The translations under genes were made by a program, and so were the position numbers. Shown piece by piece: positions 18,509-29,377 of a DNA stretch of 64,000 nucleotides (positions are counted from its first letter, which is position 1; each line of letters starts with the position of its first letter). Under the pieces are notes generated by a model. It was not told where the DNA came from, ran no database searches, and saw only the letters and a list, made by a program, of their open reading frames with translations. This DNA is from Vulcanimicrobiota bacterium (GTDB lineage: Bacteria; Vulcanimicrobiota; Vulcanimicrobiia; Eremiobacterales; Eremiobacteraceae). Location: contig CAWETU010000001.1 of the NCBI GenBank assembly GCA_963812135.1, positions 1,664,001 through 1,728,000 on the forward strand, given 5' to 3'.

Positions 18509-18587
18509 GAAATCCTCCGAGCTTCAGTGAGCTATCGGGGCGCAGTTCGCGCGCGCCGGGAGGCCGCCCTTTTCGGCGGATGGACCT

Positions 18588-18944
18588 CTACGAGGTGAGC
18601 AGTTCGAGTTGCGCCAGTTCCGCCGCGTCGCCCTTGCGGATGCGGGTACGCACGATGCGCGTATAGCCCCCGTGGCGGCTCGCGAGGCTTGGCGCGATCA
18701 CGTCGACCAGCTTCTTGGCGACGTCCTCGGACGTCAGATACGCGGCGACCGCTCGGCGGCTCGACAAGTCCGCCTTCTTGGCGCGCGTGATCAGCCTTGC
18801 CGCGACTCGCGACGTCTCCTTGGCGCGCACCACCGTCGTCTCGATCTTGCCGTGCGTGAACAGCGAGGTCACGAGATTGCGCAGCATCGAGCGGCGGTGG
18901 TCGTCGTTGCGTCCGAGACGCTTGTCTGCTTTCTTGTGGCGCAT
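18588..18944 (-). CDS. rplQ: 50S ribosomal protein L17
   Basis: MRHKKADKRLGR..., GKIETT, GGYTRI; start corrected to 18944. Confidence 0.96.
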   Translation of the reverse strand: MRHKKADKRLGRNDDHRRSMLRNLVTSLFTHGKIETTVVRAKETSRVAARLITRAKKADLSSRRAVAAYLTSEDVAKKLVDVIAPSLASRHGGYTRIVRTRIRKGDAAELAQLELLTS

Positions 18945-18955
18945 GATGTCAGCGG

Positions 18956-19891
18956 TTATCCTTGCTTGAGCGACAGGTTGCGCTCGGCGAGCTTCTCTTT
19001 GATCTCGTCGACCGACTTCTTGCCCAAGTTGCGCATGTTCATGATCTCGTCTTCGGTGCGCTGCAGCAGCTCGGATATCTTGCTGATGCCGGCGCGCTTC
19101 AGACAGTTGTACGAGCGCACGGAAAGGTCGAGTTCGTCGACCGGGATATCCCAATCGGAGAACGGCGTCGCCTCTTCGACCGGCGCTTCGGTCTCTGGCC
19201 GGCCGCTGAAGTTCACGAACAGCGCGAGCTGGTCGGACAGGACCTTGGCCGCTGTGGAGAGCGCCTCGTCGGGCGTGATGCTGCCATTGGTCTCGATCTC
19301 CATGATGAGCCGGTCGTAATCGGTCACCTGGCCGACGCGCGTGTCCTCGACCGAGTAGTTGACCTTGCGGATCGGCGTGAAGATCGAATCCACCGGGATC
19401 AGGCCGATGACGTGTTCGACGTTGCGCTGCTTGTCTGCGGTGACGTAGCCGCGCCACTTCTCGATGCCGATCTCCATGAACAGCCGCGCCTTTTTGTCGG
19501 ACAGCGTGGCGATATGGTAGCTCGGATCGAGCAGCTCGACGTCTGCGTCCGGCACGATGTCGGCCGCTGTCACTTCGCGCTCGCCAGAGGCCTCGATGCG
19601 CAGCACCTTCGGCTCGTCGGTCGCCATCTTCAGCGGCAGGCCTTTCAGGTTGAGGATGATGTGGGTCGTGTCCTCGACCACGCCTGGGATCGTCGAGAAC
19701 TCGTGCAGCACGCCGTCGATCTTGACGTAGGTGACGGCTGCGCCGGGCAGCGACGACAACAGCAGCCGGCGCAACGCATTGCCCAGCGTGATGCCGAAGC
19801 CTCGCTCGAGCGGCTCGATCGCGAACTTGGCGTACGAATCGCCCCGCTCGCGGACTTCGATGGAGGCGCGTTGGAATTCAAGAACTGACAT
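18956..19891 (-). CDS. rpoA: RNA polymerase alpha subunit
   Basis: [32 protein letters not shown]; start corrected to 19891. Confidence 0.97.
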   Translation of the reverse strand: MSVLEFQRASIEVRERGDSYAKFAIEPLERGFGITLGNALRRLLLSSLPGAAVTYVKIDGVLHEFSTIPGVVEDTTHIILNLKGLPLKMATDEPKVLRIEASGEREVTAADIVPDADVELLDPSYHIATLSDKKARLFMEIGIEKWRGYVTADKQRNVEHVIGLIPVDSIFTPIRKVNYSVEDTRVGQVTDYDRLIMEIETNGSITPDEALSTAAKVLSDQLALFVNFSGRPETEAPVEEATPFSDWDIPVDELDLSVRSYNCLKRAGISKISELLQRTEDEIMNMRNLGKKSVDEIKEKLAERNLSLKQG

Positions 19892-19928
19892 GGCTCCCCT
19901 TATGTTCGGTATGGTCGGTTTCAGGTCG

Positions 19929-20588
19929 TTATCGCGAGTAGTATTCAACAATTAATTGCTCTTCCACATTGGTGTCGATGTCGGCGCGCGTCGGGCGTGC
20001 CAGCACCTTAGCTTTGACGTTCAGCTCGTCGTACTCGAGCCAGGTCGGCACGCGCCGGCCTTTGGCGTACTGCTCGAGCGCCTGGAACAGATTGGACTTG
20101 CGGCTGGCCTCGACCACTGCGATCTCGTCGCCCGGGCGCACTTGCATCGACGGGATGTTGACGCGATGGCCGTTGAGCGTGAAGTGGCGATGGCGCACGA
20201 GCTGGCGCGCCTGGGCGCGCGAGCTGGCGATATTGAGCCGGTAGATCACGTTGTCGAGCCGCGTCTCAAGCTGTATCAGAAGCGCGGCGCCGGTCTGGCC
20301 CTTGCTTGCGCTCGCCTTCTTGAAGTAGTTCTCGAACTGCCGCTCGAGCACGCCATAAATGCGCCGCATTTTCTGTTTCTCGCGCAACTGGCGGCCGAAC
20401 TCGGACACCTTGGGGCGGTTCTTGGTCTGCGCTTTTTGCCCGGGTGCCGCGGTGCGGCGCTCGACGGCGCACTTCTTGGACAGGCAACGCTCGCCTTTCA
20501 AGAAGAGCTTGACCTTCTCGCCCGGTTTGGTGCCGCTGGCGCTTTCGCGCCGGCACAACCGGCAGACCGGTCCTGTGTATCGAGCCAT
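19929..20588 (-). CDS. rpsD: 30S ribosomal protein S4
   Basis: [35 protein letters not shown]. Confidence 0.97.
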   Translation of the reverse strand: MARYTGPVCRLCRRESASGTKPGEKVKLFLKGERCLSKKCAVERRTAAPGQKAQTKNRPKVSEFGRQLREKQKMRRIYGVLERQFENYFKKASASKGQTGAALLIQLETRLDNVIYRLNIASSRAQARQLVRHRHFTLNGHRVNIPSMQVRPGDEIAVVEASRKSNLFQALEQYAKGRRVPTWLEYDELNVKAKVLARPTRADIDTNVEEQLIVEYYSR

Positions 20589-20653
20589 ATATCTTCTACA
20601 TTCCTCTTTCGGTCCCCGCCCTCAGGAGGGCAGGACCACATCGTTGTTGCGAG

Positions 20654-21052
20654 TTATACACGGCGCCGTTTTGGCGGGCGGCAACCGTTGTGCGGGATCG
20701 GCGTGACGTCTTTGATGAGCACGATCTCAAGCCCAGCGGCCTGCAGGGCGCGGATCGCGGCTTCGCGGCCGGCGCCCGGCCCCTTGACGTGGACCTCGAC
20801 CTGCTTCATGCCATGCTCCATCGACTTGCGCGCCGCGCTCTCGGCCGCGAGCTGCGCGGCGAACGGCGTCGATTTCTTGCTGCCCGCGAAGCCCATGCCG
20901 CCCGCGCTGGCCCAGGCGAGCGCGCCGCCCTGCAGGTCGGTGATGGTGACGAGCGTGTTGTTGAAGCTCGCGTGGATGCGTGCGATGCCCTGGGAGACGT
21001 TTTTGATCTCCCGCTTCTTGGTGCGGCGCGCGCGTTTTTTCGGTTCTGCCAT
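20654..21052 (-). CDS. rpsK: 30S ribosomal protein S11
   Basis: [28 protein letters not shown]. Confidence 0.97.
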   Translation of the reverse strand: MAEPKKRARRTKKREIKNVSQGIARIHASFNNTLVTITDLQGGALAWASAGGMGFAGSKKSTPFAAQLAAESAARKSMEHGMKQVEVHVKGPGAGREAAIRALQAAGLEIVLIKDVTPIPHNGCRPPKRRRV

Positions 21053-21445
21053 TTACTTGCCGACCCCCGGTCCCTTCGTCTTCTTCTTGCCGGCCACGGT
21101 CTTACGCGGCCCCTTGCGATTGCGCGCATTCGTGCGCGTGCGTTGGCCGCGCACCGGCAAGCCGCGCCGGTGGCGCACGCCGCGATACGAGCCGATGTCG
21201 ACCAAGCGCTTGATCGCGCTCGAGACCTCGCGCCGCAGATCGCCCTCGACCTTGAGGTTCTTCTCGATCTGCTCGCGCAGCTTCTGGATGTCGCCATCCG
21301 TCAGATTCTTGACGCGCGTGTCGGGATCGACGCCGGTCTGCCTCAACAGCTTCGTGGCGGTTGGCCGCCCGATGCCGAAGATGTAGGTCAACGCGATCTC
21401 AACGCGCTTCTCGCGCGGCAGATCGATTCCAGCAATACGTGCCAT
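21053..21445 (-). CDS. rpsM: 30S ribosomal protein S13
   Basis: [24 protein letters not shown]. Confidence 0.97.
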   Translation of the reverse strand: MARIAGIDLPREKRVEIALTYIFGIGRPTATKLLRQTGVDPDTRVKNLTDGDIQKLREQIEKNLKVEGDLRREVSSAIKRLVDIGSYRGVRHRRGLPVRGQRTRTNARNRKGPRKTVAGKKKTKGPGVGK

Positions 21446-21453
21446 CGTCTCTC

Positions 21454-21567
21454 CTACCCCTGAGCCTGTTTATGCTTGGGGTTCTCGCAGATCACCCGTG
21501 TGCGGCCCCGCCGCTTGATGATCTTGCACTTGTCGCATATCTTCTTGACGCTCGGTCTGACTTTCAT
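21454..21567 (-). CDS. rpmJ: 50S ribosomal protein L36 (Zn-binding form)
   Basis: Below the ORF cutoff; manual translation [37 protein letters not shown]. Confidence 0.96.
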   Translation of the reverse strand: MKVRPSVKKICDKCKIIKRRGRTRVICENPKHKQAQG

Positions 21568-21583
21568 AGTTCCTCTATATATT

Positions 21584-21874
21584 CTACTTGTACCGGTAGG
21601 TTATCCGCCCTTGGCTCAGATCGTATGGCGACAGCTCCACGAGCACCCGGTCCCCCGGCAGGATCCGGATGAAGTTCATCCTGATCTTTCCCGATACGCG
21701 GGCCAGCACTTTGTGGCCGTTGCTCAGCTCGACCCGGAAGAACGCATTGGGCAGCGGCTCGACCACCACGCCCTCGACCTCGATCGCCTCTTCCTTGGGC
21801 GATGGGTTGGCGTCGGGCTTGGGGGGCTTTTTCTTACCCGAGCGCCGCTGCATTGGGCGATTGCGTCGCGCCAA
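21584..21874 (-). CDS. infA: Translation initiation factor IF-1 with basic N-terminal extension
   Basis: [42 protein letters not shown] start with GGAGG RBS. Confidence 0.93.
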   Translation of the reverse strand: MARRNRPMQRRSGKKKPPKPDANPSPKEEAIEVEGVVVEPLPNAFFRVELSNGHKVLARVSGKIRMNFIRILPGDRVLVELSPYDLSQGRITYRYK

Positions 21875-22670
21875 ACGTGCCTCCGTTCATGACCCGGCGT
21901 TCGAGCGTGGCCGCTTCGGCCTCGTCGACCACCGTCAGGATCTCAAAACCTTTGGGCTGCACCGCGACCGTGTGCTCGAAGTGCGCGGACAGCTTGCCAT
22001 CTTTGGTGACCACGGTCCAGTTGTCAGACAGCGTGCGCACGTCGAACGCGCCCTGGTTGACCATCGGCTCGATCGCCATCACCATGCCGGGCTTGAGGAT
22101 CGCGCCCATGCCCTTGCGCCCGAAGTTCGGCACCGGCGGATCTTCGTGCAGATGCGTGCCGACACCGTGGCCGACCAGCGCACGCACCACCGAATAGCCG
22201 TGGCTCTCGACGTGGCTTTGCACCGCGTTGCCGATGTCGGACACGTGCGCGCCCGGGCGCACCGCGGCGATGCCGATGAACAGCGACTCCTCGGTGACGT
22301 CCATGAGGTGCTGGGCGGCCTTTGACACCTGGCCGACCGGCAACGTGCACGCCATATCCGAGTACCAGCCGTCGACGATCGCGCCGATGTCGATCTTCAG
22401 CAGGTCGCCTTCGCGCAAGCGGCGCGTGCCGGGGATGCCGTGGACGACCTCGTCGTTGACCGACGCGCAGATCGATCCGGTAAAGCCATGGTAGCCCAAG
22501 AACGCAGGCACGCCACCACCTTCGCGGATCAGCCGGTCGGCAAGCGCATCGATCTCTTTGGTCGTCACGCCGGGTTTGACGGCGTTTTTGAGCTGCGCCA
22601 ACGCGCGCGAGGTCACCGCGCCGCTGATGCGCATCTTCGCGAGTTCAGCGCTGCTCTTGCACGCGATCAT
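21834..22670 (-). CDS. map: Methionine aminopeptidase type I
   Basis: [33 protein letters not shown]. Confidence 0.96.
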   Translation of the reverse strand: MIACKSSAELAKMRISGAVTSRALAQLKNAVKPGVTTKEIDALADRLIREGGGVPAFLGYHGFTGSICASVNDEVVHGIPGTRRLREGDLLKIDIGAIVDGWYSDMACTLPVGQVSKAAQHLMDVTEESLFIGIAAVRPGAHVSDIGNAVQSHVESHGYSVVRALVGHGVGTHLHEDPPVPNFGRKGMGAILKPGMVMAIEPMVNQGAFDVRTLSDNWTVVTKDGKLSAHFEHTVAVQPKGFEILTVVDEAEAATLERRVMNGGTFGATQSPNAAALG

Positions 22671-23347
22671 GTCGTCTGCACCTGGGCGCCGGCGGTCGCG
22701 GCCTCGACGATGGCGCGGTGAACCGTGTCAACGGGCTGCGTGCCGTCCACGCGATGCAGCAAGCCCTTCTTCTCGTAGAACGCGATGAGCGGCCTGGTCG
22801 ACTTGTCGTAGACGTCGAGCCGGTGCGAGACGGTCGCCTCGGTATCGTCCTCGCGCTGCTCCAGCGCGTGGCGGCAGTGGTCGCAGACATCGTCCACCCT
22901 GGGCGGCGCCGACACCACATTGTAGTTCGTGCCGCAATTCGGGCACACGCGCCGGCCGGTCAAACGCCGGATCAGCTCGTCGCGCGGCACCGTGAGCTTG
23001 ACCACTGCGTCCAGATGCTGACCGAGCCGCGCGAGCAGCGCGTCCAATGCCGCGGCCTGGACGGGGGTCCGGGGGAAACCGTCAAGGATCCAGCCTTGCG
23101 CGACGTCGGGCTGTTGCAAGCGCTCGTCCACGATGCCGATGGTCACCGCATCGGGCACGAGTGCGCCTCTGTCCATGTACTTGCGCGCCATCACGCCCAT
23201 CGGCGAGCCTGCCGCCTTGGCGGCACGGAACATGTCGCCCGTCGAGATATGCGGCAGCCCCAAACGCTTGGTGAGCAGCTCGGCTTGCGTGCCTTTGCCG
23301 GCGCCCGGGGCGCCCAGCAGCAGCAGCCGGAATCCATTGTCGCTCAC
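22667..23347 (-). CDS. adk: Adenylate kinase (Zn-lid type)
   Basis: GAPGAGKGTQ, STGDMFR, LDGFPRT, CPNC...CDHC lid. Confidence 0.97.
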   Translation of the reverse strand: MSDNGFRLLLLGAPGAGKGTQAELLTKRLGLPHISTGDMFRAAKAAGSPMGVMARKYMDRGALVPDAVTIGIVDERLQQPDVAQGWILDGFPRTPVQAAALDALLARLGQHLDAVVKLTVPRDELIRRLTGRRVCPNCGTNYNVVSAPPRVDDVCDHCRHALEQREDDTEATVSHRLDVYDKSTRPLIAFYEKKGLLHRVDGTQPVDTVHRAIVEAATAGAQVQTT

Positions 23348-24639
23348 TTGTTGATGAACCCGCGGTAATCGCGCATCGCAAGGCGCGCTTCGAGTTGGGT
23401 CATGGTGTCGAGCGCGACGCCGACGACGATGAGCAGCGACGTGCTGCCCAAGAAGATCGTCGTGATGTGCGTGAACGCTTGCGTGACGTTCGGCAGGATC
23501 GCGAGGACGCCGAGATAGATGGCGGCGACGAAGGTGATGCGGTGCAAGATCTTCTGCAAGTAGTCCGAGGTAGGCTTGCCCGGCCGGATGCCGGGGATGA
23601 AGCCGCCCTGCTTCTTGAGCGAATCCGCGATGTCCATGATGTTGATGACGACTTCGCTATAGAAGAACGTGAAGCCGACGACGAGCAAGAAGTACACGAC
23701 ATTGTACAAGAAGCTGCCGTAGTTGAAATACAAGCTCATGAAGCGGTTGAAACCGTCGGCGAGCGGCGTGTGGTAGTTGGCGGCCCACGCGGAGATCTGC
23801 TGCGGCAGCAGCAGGATCGAGATCGCGAAGATGATCGAGATGACGCCCGCGTTGTTCAAGCGCAGCGGGATGTAGGTGCTGCGCCCGCCATACACCTTGC
23901 GGCCGACGACGCGCTTGGCGTACTGCACCGGCACGCGGCGCTGGCCTTGGTACATAAAGACGATCGAGATCAGCGAGATGATCGCGATCGCGACGAACAG
24001 CAGCAGTCCGAACCAGTTGAGGCCGCCGGCTTGGCCGAGCGAAACGGTCTCTTTGAAATACGTGGGGTAGCGCAAGATGATGCCGACGAAGATGATGAGC
24101 GAGACACCATTGCCGACGCCCTTGTCCGTGATCTGCTCGCCGAGCCACATGAGCCAGACCGTGCCGGCGGTCAGGGTCAAGATCACGCCCACGAGATAGA
24201 ACAGATCGGTGCGCGCAAAGACTTGATTTCGGTTGAGCGCCACGACCATCGTGGTCGCCTGCACCAGCGCCAGGATGACCGTGAGCCATCGCGTCCACAG
24301 GCCGACCCGCTTGCGGCCTTCCTCGCCGCCATGCTGCATGAGCTCTTTGACTTCCGGGAAGACGACGGTGGCCAGCTGCATGATGATGCTCGCGTTGATG
24401 TAGGGCGTGATGCCCATCGCGATCACCGAGAAGCGCTGCAGCGCGCCGCCCGACAAGAAGCCGAGGAAGTTGAGGAACTGGCCGGAGCTGAGCATCGCCT
24501 GCCACTTGGTGTGGTCGACGTACGGGATCTGGACGTAGACCGCCATGACGAACAGCGCGAACGCGCCAAATACGAACAGGAGCCGGTTGCGGAGCTCCGG
24601 CACGACGAGCGCGTTGGCTAAGTTACGCCACATCACCAT
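23344..24639 (-). CDS. secY: Preprotein translocase SecY
   Basis: GITPYINASII, WLGEQIT..GVGNG.S, FIPGIRPG; start 24639 or 24633. Confidence 0.96.
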   Translation of the reverse strand: MVMWRNLANALVVPELRNRLLFVFGAFALFVMAVYVQIPYVDHTKWQAMLSSGQFLNFLGFLSGGALQRFSVIAMGITPYINASIIMQLATVVFPEVKELMQHGGEEGRKRVGLWTRWLTVILALVQATTMVVALNRNQVFARTDLFYLVGVILTLTAGTVWLMWLGEQITDKGVGNGVSLIIFVGIILRYPTYFKETVSLGQAGGLNWFGLLLFVAIAIISLISIVFMYQGQRRVPVQYAKRVVGRKVYGGRSTYIPLRLNNAGVISIIFAISILLLPQQISAWAANYHTPLADGFNRFMSLYFNYGSFLYNVVYFLLVVGFTFFYSEVVINIMDIADSLKKQGGFIPGIRPGKPTSDYLQKILHRITFVAAIYLGVLAILPNVTQAFTHITTIFLGSTSLLIVVGVALDTMTQLEARLAMRDYRGFINK

Positions 24640-24649
24640 TGGCGGTGCG

Positions 24650-25108
24650 TCACTCCTCGAATACCGCACCAGCGGCTTCGAGTTTGGCTCGAGCCGGGGC
24701 GGAGAAGACGACGTCTTTGAAGCGCAGACCCTTGGGCGCGTCGCCCACGCTGAGGATCTTGATGCCGTCGCGCATGCGCGTGATCAGGCCGGCGTCGCGC
24801 AACGCATCGGGCGTCACGACCGCTTTGGCATCCCAATCCGTCAGGTCCGCGAGGTTGATGACGGAATAGGTCGTCTTGAAGATCGCGTGCGGGCGCGATT
24901 TTTGCGAGACGCCTTTGCGCTGCGGCAAACGGCGGAACCAGGGCGTCTGGCCGCCCTCGAACGTGCGGCCCTTGCCGCCGCCCGAACGCGCCGTCTGGCC
25001 CTTGCCGCCTTTGCCTGCGGTCTTCACCATGCCGCTGCCATGGCCGCGGCCGATGCGCACGCGCTTGGTCTTGCTGCCGGGCGCGGGCTTAAGATGCGAC
25101 AGCTTCAT
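24650..25108 (-). CDS. rplO: 50S ribosomal protein L15
   Basis: GRGHGSG..KT.G.G.KGQ.AR, FEGGQ. Confidence 0.96.
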   Translation of the reverse strand: MKLSHLKPAPGSKTKRVRIGRGHGSGMVKTAGKGGKGQTARSGGGKGRTFEGGQTPWFRRLPQRKGVSQKSRPHAIFKTTYSVINLADLTDWDAKAVVTPDALRDAGLITRMRDGIKILSVGDAPKGLRFKDVVFSAPARAKLEAAGAVFEE

Positions 25109-25646
25109 CCGTGGTCTCCTTGACTTCAGCCGTGGTTTCCTTAGTCTCTCTGCCGAACAGCTCGGCGACGGTCTTGCCGCGCTGCTTGGCGACCTGTTCT
25201 GCGGTGCGCAGCGACTTGAGGCCCGCGACGGTCGCCTGGATGACGTTGATCGGATTGTTGGTGCCCAGCGATTTGGTCAGGATGTCGTGCACGCCCGCGA
25301 GCTCGAGCACCGCGCGCATCGCGCCGCCCGCGATGACGCCCGTTCCCTTGCTGGCCGGCTTCATGAGCACTTTGCCCGCGCCGACGTGCGAGAGAATGGG
25401 GTGCGGGATCGTGCGGCCGACCATCGGCACGGTGATGAGCGCGCGCCGAGCCGCCTCAACGCCCTTGCGAATCGCTTCTGGAACCTCGCGCGCCTTGCCC
25501 AAGCCGTAGCCGACGCGTCCCTGGCGATCACCCACGACGACGAGCGCGCTGAAACTGAAGCGCTTGCCGCCCTTGACCACCTTCGCGACGCGGTTGACCC
25601 GAACGACTTGCTCTTCGAGTCCAGAACCGTCCGTGATACGTGCCAC
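25089..25646 (-). CDS. rpsE: 30S ribosomal protein S5
   Basis: [28 protein letters not shown]. Confidence 0.97.
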   Translation of the reverse strand: MARITDGSGLEEQVVRVNRVAKVVKGGKRFSFSALVVVGDRQGRVGYGLGKAREVPEAIRKGVEAARRALITVPMVGRTIPHPILSHVGAGKVLMKPASKGTGVIAGGAMRAVLELAGVHDILTKSLGTNNPINVIQATVAGLKSLRTAEQVAKQRGKTVAELFGRETKETTAEVKETTDEAVAS

Positions 25647-25649
25647 TGT

Positions 25650-26018
25650 CTAAAACTCCAAACCGGCGCCGCGCGCGGCGTCTGCCAGCGCTTTGATGCG
25701 CCCGTGGTACTTGTAGCCGCCGCGATCGAACACGACGGATGTCACGCCTTTTTCCTTGGCGCGTTCTGCGACGATCGTGCCGACGCGCTCGGCCGCCGCC
25801 ATGCTCGACAGCGACTCCAGACCCTGCGCCACCGTCTTCTCGCGGGTGGACGCCGCGACGAGCGTGCGGCCCGTCGAATCGTCGATCACCTGCGCGTAGA
25901 CATGGTGCAGGCTGCGGAAGACCGACAGCCGTGGCCGTTGCGCCGACCCGTTCATGCGCTTGCGGATCCGGTCGTGCCGGCGCACGCGCAGCGCGTTTCT
26001 GCTCTTCACTGTCGCCAT
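25650..26018 (-). CDS. rplR: 50S ribosomal protein L18
   Basis: [20 protein letters not shown]. Confidence 0.97.
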   Translation of the reverse strand: MATVKSRNALRVRRHDRIRKRMNGSAQRPRLSVFRSLHHVYAQVIDDSTGRTLVAASTREKTVAQGLESLSSMAAAERVGTIVAERAKEKGVTSVVFDRGGYKYHGRIKALADAARGAGLEF

Positions 26019-26590
26019 TATTTCTTGCCCCCGGCGCCGCCGGCCGCGCCCGCGGTCTTACCAGCTTTGCCCAGTTTGCGGCGCACGCGCTCGCCTTCGT
26101 AGCGGATGCCCTTGCCTTTGTACGGCTCGGGCGGCCTGATCGCGCGGATCTGCGCCGCGAGCTGGCCCACCATCTGCTTGTCCGCGCCGCTGACGGTGAT
26201 CTTGTTCGTGCCCTCGACCTTGATGTCGATGCCCGCCGGCGGCTCGACGACGACCGGGTGCGAGTAGCCGACCGAGACGTTGAGCTTCTTGCCCTGCGCC
26301 TGCGCGCGGTAGCCGACGCCGACGATGTCGAGCTGCTTGGAGAACCCGGTGGTCACGCCGAGCACCATGTTGGCGATCAACGTGCGCGTCAAACCGTGCA
26401 GCTGCTTGCTGCGCTTGTCGTCGTTCGGGCGCGTGACGCTCACGCTCGCGCCGTCGACTTTGACGTCGATGGGCTCAGCGCAGCGCAACGAGAGCTCGCC
26501 TTTTGGCCCTTTGACCGTCACCACGCGCTGGTCGTAGCCGACTTTCACGCCGCTGGGCACGTCGATGGCCATTCGTCCGATTCTGCTCAT
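26018..26590 (-). CDS. rplF: 50S ribosomal protein L6
   Basis: [22 protein letters not shown]; start corrected to 26590. Confidence 0.97.
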   Translation of the reverse strand: MSRIGRMAIDVPSGVKVGYDQRVVTVKGPKGELSLRCAEPIDVKVDGASVSVTRPNDDKRSKQLHGLTRTLIANMVLGVTTGFSKQLDIVGVGYRAQAQGKKLNVSVGYSHPVVVEPPAGIDIKVEGTNKITVSGADKQMVGQLAAQIRAIRPPEPYKGKGIRYEGERVRRKLGKAGKTAGAAGGAGGKK

Positions 26591-26594
26591 CGCG

Positions 26595-26996
26595 TCACCA
26601 TACGAACGCCATGACTTCACCGCCGGTGCCCAACCGTTTGGCCTGGCGACCGCTGATGATGCCCTTGGGCGTCGACAAGATCACAAGGCCGAGGCCGCCC
26701 ATGCATTTGGGGATCTCGCCTTTGGGCGTGTAGATGCGCAAGCCCGGCCGGCTGATGCGCTGCAGGCCGTTGATGACGCGCTCGCGGCCAGTGCCGTACT
26801 TGAGCGAGAGGCGGATGACATCGCGCGGCGCCTGCTGCACCACGTCGAAGCCTTTGATGAAGCCTTCGGCCTTGAGCAGCTTGGCCAGCTCGAGTTTGAC
26901 GCGTGACGCCGGGATGTCGACGCGCTCCTGGAACGCGGTGTTCGCGTTGCGGATGCGCGTCAGCATGTCGGCGACCGGATCGGTTATGACTCCCAT
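26595..26996 (-). CDS. rpsH: 30S ribosomal protein S8
   Basis: [24 protein letters not shown]. Confidence 0.97.
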   Translation of the reverse strand: MGVITDPVADMLTRIRNANTAFQERVDIPASRVKLELAKLLKAEGFIKGFDVVQQAPRDVIRLSLKYGTGRERVINGLQRISRPGLRIYTPKGEIPKCMGGLGLVILSTPKGIISGRQAKRLGTGGEVMAFVW

Positions 26997-27010
26997 ATTC
27001 CTCTAGTCCC

Positions 27011-27196
27011 TCACCACGACGCCTTGACGACGCCGGGCACTTTGCCCGCATGGGCCAATTCTCTGAAGCAGATGCGGCACAGCGCGAATTTGCGCAAGAA
27101 GCCCTTCGGGCGGCCACATCGCAGACAACGGTTGTGTTTGCGGACCTTGAACTTCGGCGTCCGCTTGCTTTTCTCGATCAAGCATGTCTTGGCCAT
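27011..27196 (-). CDS. rpsN: 30S ribosomal protein S14 (type Z, Zn-binding)
   Basis: MAK...RCLRCGR...LCRICFRE...KASW, 61 aa; start corrected to 27196. Confidence 0.96.
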   Translation of the reverse strand: MAKTCLIEKSKRTPKFKVRKHNRCLRCGRPKGFLRKFALCRICFRELAHAGKVPGVVKASW

Positions 27197-27200
27197 CGCG

Positions 27201-27755
27201 TTATGCCGCCGCTCCTTCTTTGCGCAGCGGCATGCCCATCTCGGCAAGAAACGCCAGCGCCTCTTCGTCGTTGCCCGCGCTCGTCACGATGACGATGTCC
27301 ATCCCGCGGACGCGGTCGACTTTGTCGTAATTGATCTCCGGAAACACGAGCTGCTCTTTGAGCCCGAGCGCATAGTTGCCACGGCCGTCCAGCGACGAGC
27401 GCGACGTGCCGCGAAAGTCGCGGATGCGCGGCAGCACGATGTTGACGAGCTTATCGAAGAACGCGTACATGCGCTCGCCGCGCAGCGTCACCTTCGCGCC
27501 GACCTGCATGCCGGCGCGCAGCTTGTACACCGCGATGCTCTTGGTCGCGCGCGTCACCAGCGGCTTTTGCCCGGTGATCGCGGCCAGATCGGATACCGCG
27601 CCATCCATCGCCTTGGGCTCAGTGACGGCTTCGCCGACGCCCATGTTGACGACGATCTTGCGCAAGCGCGGCACCTGCATCGGGTTTTTGTACCCGAAGC
27701 GCTTGGTGAGCGCAGGCACGACCTGCTTCTCGTAGCGTTCTCTCATCCTGTTCAT
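27201..27755 (-). CDS. rplE: 50S ribosomal protein L5
   Basis: [28 protein letters not shown]; start corrected to 27755. Confidence 0.96.
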   Translation of the reverse strand: MNRMRERYEKQVVPALTKRFGYKNPMQVPRLRKIVVNMGVGEAVTEPKAMDGAVSDLAAITGQKPLVTRATKSIAVYKLRAGMQVGAKVTLRGERMYAFFDKLVNIVLPRIRDFRGTSRSSLDGRGNYALGLKEQLVFPEINYDKVDRVRGMDIVIVTSAGNDEEALAFLAEMGMPLRKEGAAA

Positions 27756-27760
27756 CGTTC

Positions 27761-28093
27761 TTAAACCTTCACGGGCCGGTCGGCGGCCTCGCCGCAGCGC
27801 CGGCAGATACGCTCTTTGCCTTCGCCCTTGATCACGCGCGCCAGCTTGCTGGGCTTGTTGCACTTCGGGCACACGTACATAAGCCGGCTCACGGACATCG
27901 GCAACTCTTTTTCGAGAATACCCGCCTTGGCTTTTTGCGTCGCCTTGGTGTGCCGCTTGACGACGTTGACGCCTTCGACTTCCGCCACGCCCTCGTGACG
28001 GCGCACGAGTTTGATCTTGCCGCGCTTGCCTTTGTATTTGCCGGACAGCACCATGACGGTGTCGCCTGCGGCCAGTCGCGTCTGTTTCACCAT
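27761..28093 (-). CDS. rplX: 50S ribosomal protein L24
   Basis: GDTV.V.SGK.KGK.G KOW motif, VEGVN.VKRH; CxxC...CxxC at the C-terminus. Confidence 0.96.
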   Translation of the reverse strand: MVKQTRLAAGDTVMVLSGKYKGKRGKIKLVRRHEGVAEVEGVNVVKRHTKATQKAKAGILEKELPMSVSRLMYVCPKCNKPSKLARVIKGEGKERICRRCGEAADRPVKV

Positions 28094-28461
28094 CACAGGA
28101 CCTCCGGCGCGAGCGAGATGATCTTCATGAAGTCGCGATCGCGCAGCTCACGGGCGACCGGACCGAAGATGCGCGTGCCGCGCGGGTTGTTCTGTTCGTT
28201 GAGGAGCACGGCGGCGTTCTCGTCGAAGCGGATGAACGAGCCGTCGGGCCGGCGCATCTTCTTCTTCTGGCGCACGATGACGGCCGACACGACGTTGCCC
28301 TTCTTCACGGCCGCGCCGGGAATGGCGCTCTTGACCGTGGCCACGACGATGTCGCCGACGTATGCATACGGATGGCGCGAGCCGCCCTTGACGTGGAACA
28401 CCATGAGCTCGCGCGCGCCCGAGTTGTCCGCGACCTTGAGCCGCGTCTGCGATTGGATCAC
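28093..28461 (-). CDS. rplN: 50S ribosomal protein L14
   Basis: MIQ...[26 protein letters not shown]. Confidence 0.97.
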   Translation of the reverse strand: MIQSQTRLKVADNSGARELMVFHVKGGSRHPYAYVGDIVVATVKSAIPGAAVKKGNVVSAVIVRQKKKMRRPDGSFIRFDENAAVLLNEQNNPRGTRIFGPVARELRDRDFMKIISLAPEVL

Positions 28462-28742
28462 TTCGCCCGCTCCATGATCTCGATCAGCCGCCAGCGCTTG
28501 CGCGCGGACAGCGGACGCGTCTCGACGATGCGCACGAGGTCGCCCACCTTCGCTTCGTTCTTCTCGTCGTGCGCCATATACCGCGTCGAACGCATTGCGA
28601 TCTTGCCATACTGCGCGTGTGCTTTGCTGACTTGCGACTTCACGACGATGCTCTTGTCCATCTTGTCCGACACGACGCGCCCGACGCGCACTTTGCGCAC
28701 GCCTCGGTCGTGTGTCTGATCTTGCGTCTTCGTCTCTTCCAT
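28458..28742 (-). CDS. rpsQ: 30S ribosomal protein S17
   Basis: [23 protein letters not shown]. Confidence 0.96.
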   Translation of the reverse strand: MEETKTQDQTHDRGVRKVRVGRVVSDKMDKSIVVKSQVSKAHAQYGKIAMRSTRYMAHDEKNEAKVGDLVRIVETRPLSARKRWRLIEIMERAK

Positions 28743-28749
28743 TATCTTT

Positions 28750-28962
28750 TTAGCCGGCTAGGCGGCGCTGCGCCAGGAGGGTGTATAGTTGTGCGATGTT
28801 GCGCCGCAGCTTGCTGACCTTGGCGTGATCCTCCAGATGGCCCGTGACCAGCTGGAAGCGCAGGTTGAACATCTCTTCTTTAGTTGCCGTGAGCTTGTCC
28901 TCAAGCTCGCGGACGGTGAGCTCGCGCAGCGAGCGCAATTCGCTAGGCTTCAACGGACTCAC
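28750..28962 (-). CDS. rpmC: 50S ribosomal protein L29
   Basis: [17 protein letters not shown]; position between rplP and rpsQ. Confidence 0.93.
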   Translation of the reverse strand: MSPLKPSELRSLRELTVRELEDKLTATKEEMFNLRFQLVTGHLEDHAKVSKLRRNIAQLYTLLAQRRLAG

Positions 28963-29374
28963 CAATCCCTTCGCGCCGCACGAACTTCGTAGCGATCGGC
29001 AGCTTGGATGCGGCCAGTTTGAGGGCTTCCTTGGCGACGGCTAGCTCGACGCCGGCCAGTTCGAACAAGATGCGGCCGGGGCGCACGACGGCGACCCAGC
29101 CCTCGGGCGCGCCCTTGCCTGAACCCTGGCGCGTTTCCGCAGGCTTCTTCGTGTACGATTTGTCGGGAAACACCGTGATCCAGACCTTGCCGCCGCGCTT
29201 CATGTGGCGGGTGAGCGCGATACGTGCGGCTTCGATCTGGCGGTTGCTCAGCCATACCGGCTCGAGCGCTTGTAGGCCGTACTCGCCGAAGTGCAGCGCA
29301 CTGCCCGATTGCGCACGTCCCTTCATGCGGCCGCGCTGCATCTTGCGATACTTGACGCGTTTTGGCATCAACAT
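28943..29374 (-). CDS. rplP: 50S ribosomal protein L16
   Basis: [22 protein letters not shown]. Confidence 0.97.
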   Translation of the reverse strand: MLMPKRVKYRKMQRGRMKGRAQSGSALHFGEYGLQALEPVWLSNRQIEAARIALTRHMKRGGKVWITVFPDKSYTKKPAETRQGSGKGAPEGWVAVVRPGRILFELAGVELAVAKEALKLAASKLPIATKFVRREGIGESVEA

Positions 29375-29377
29375 CGG

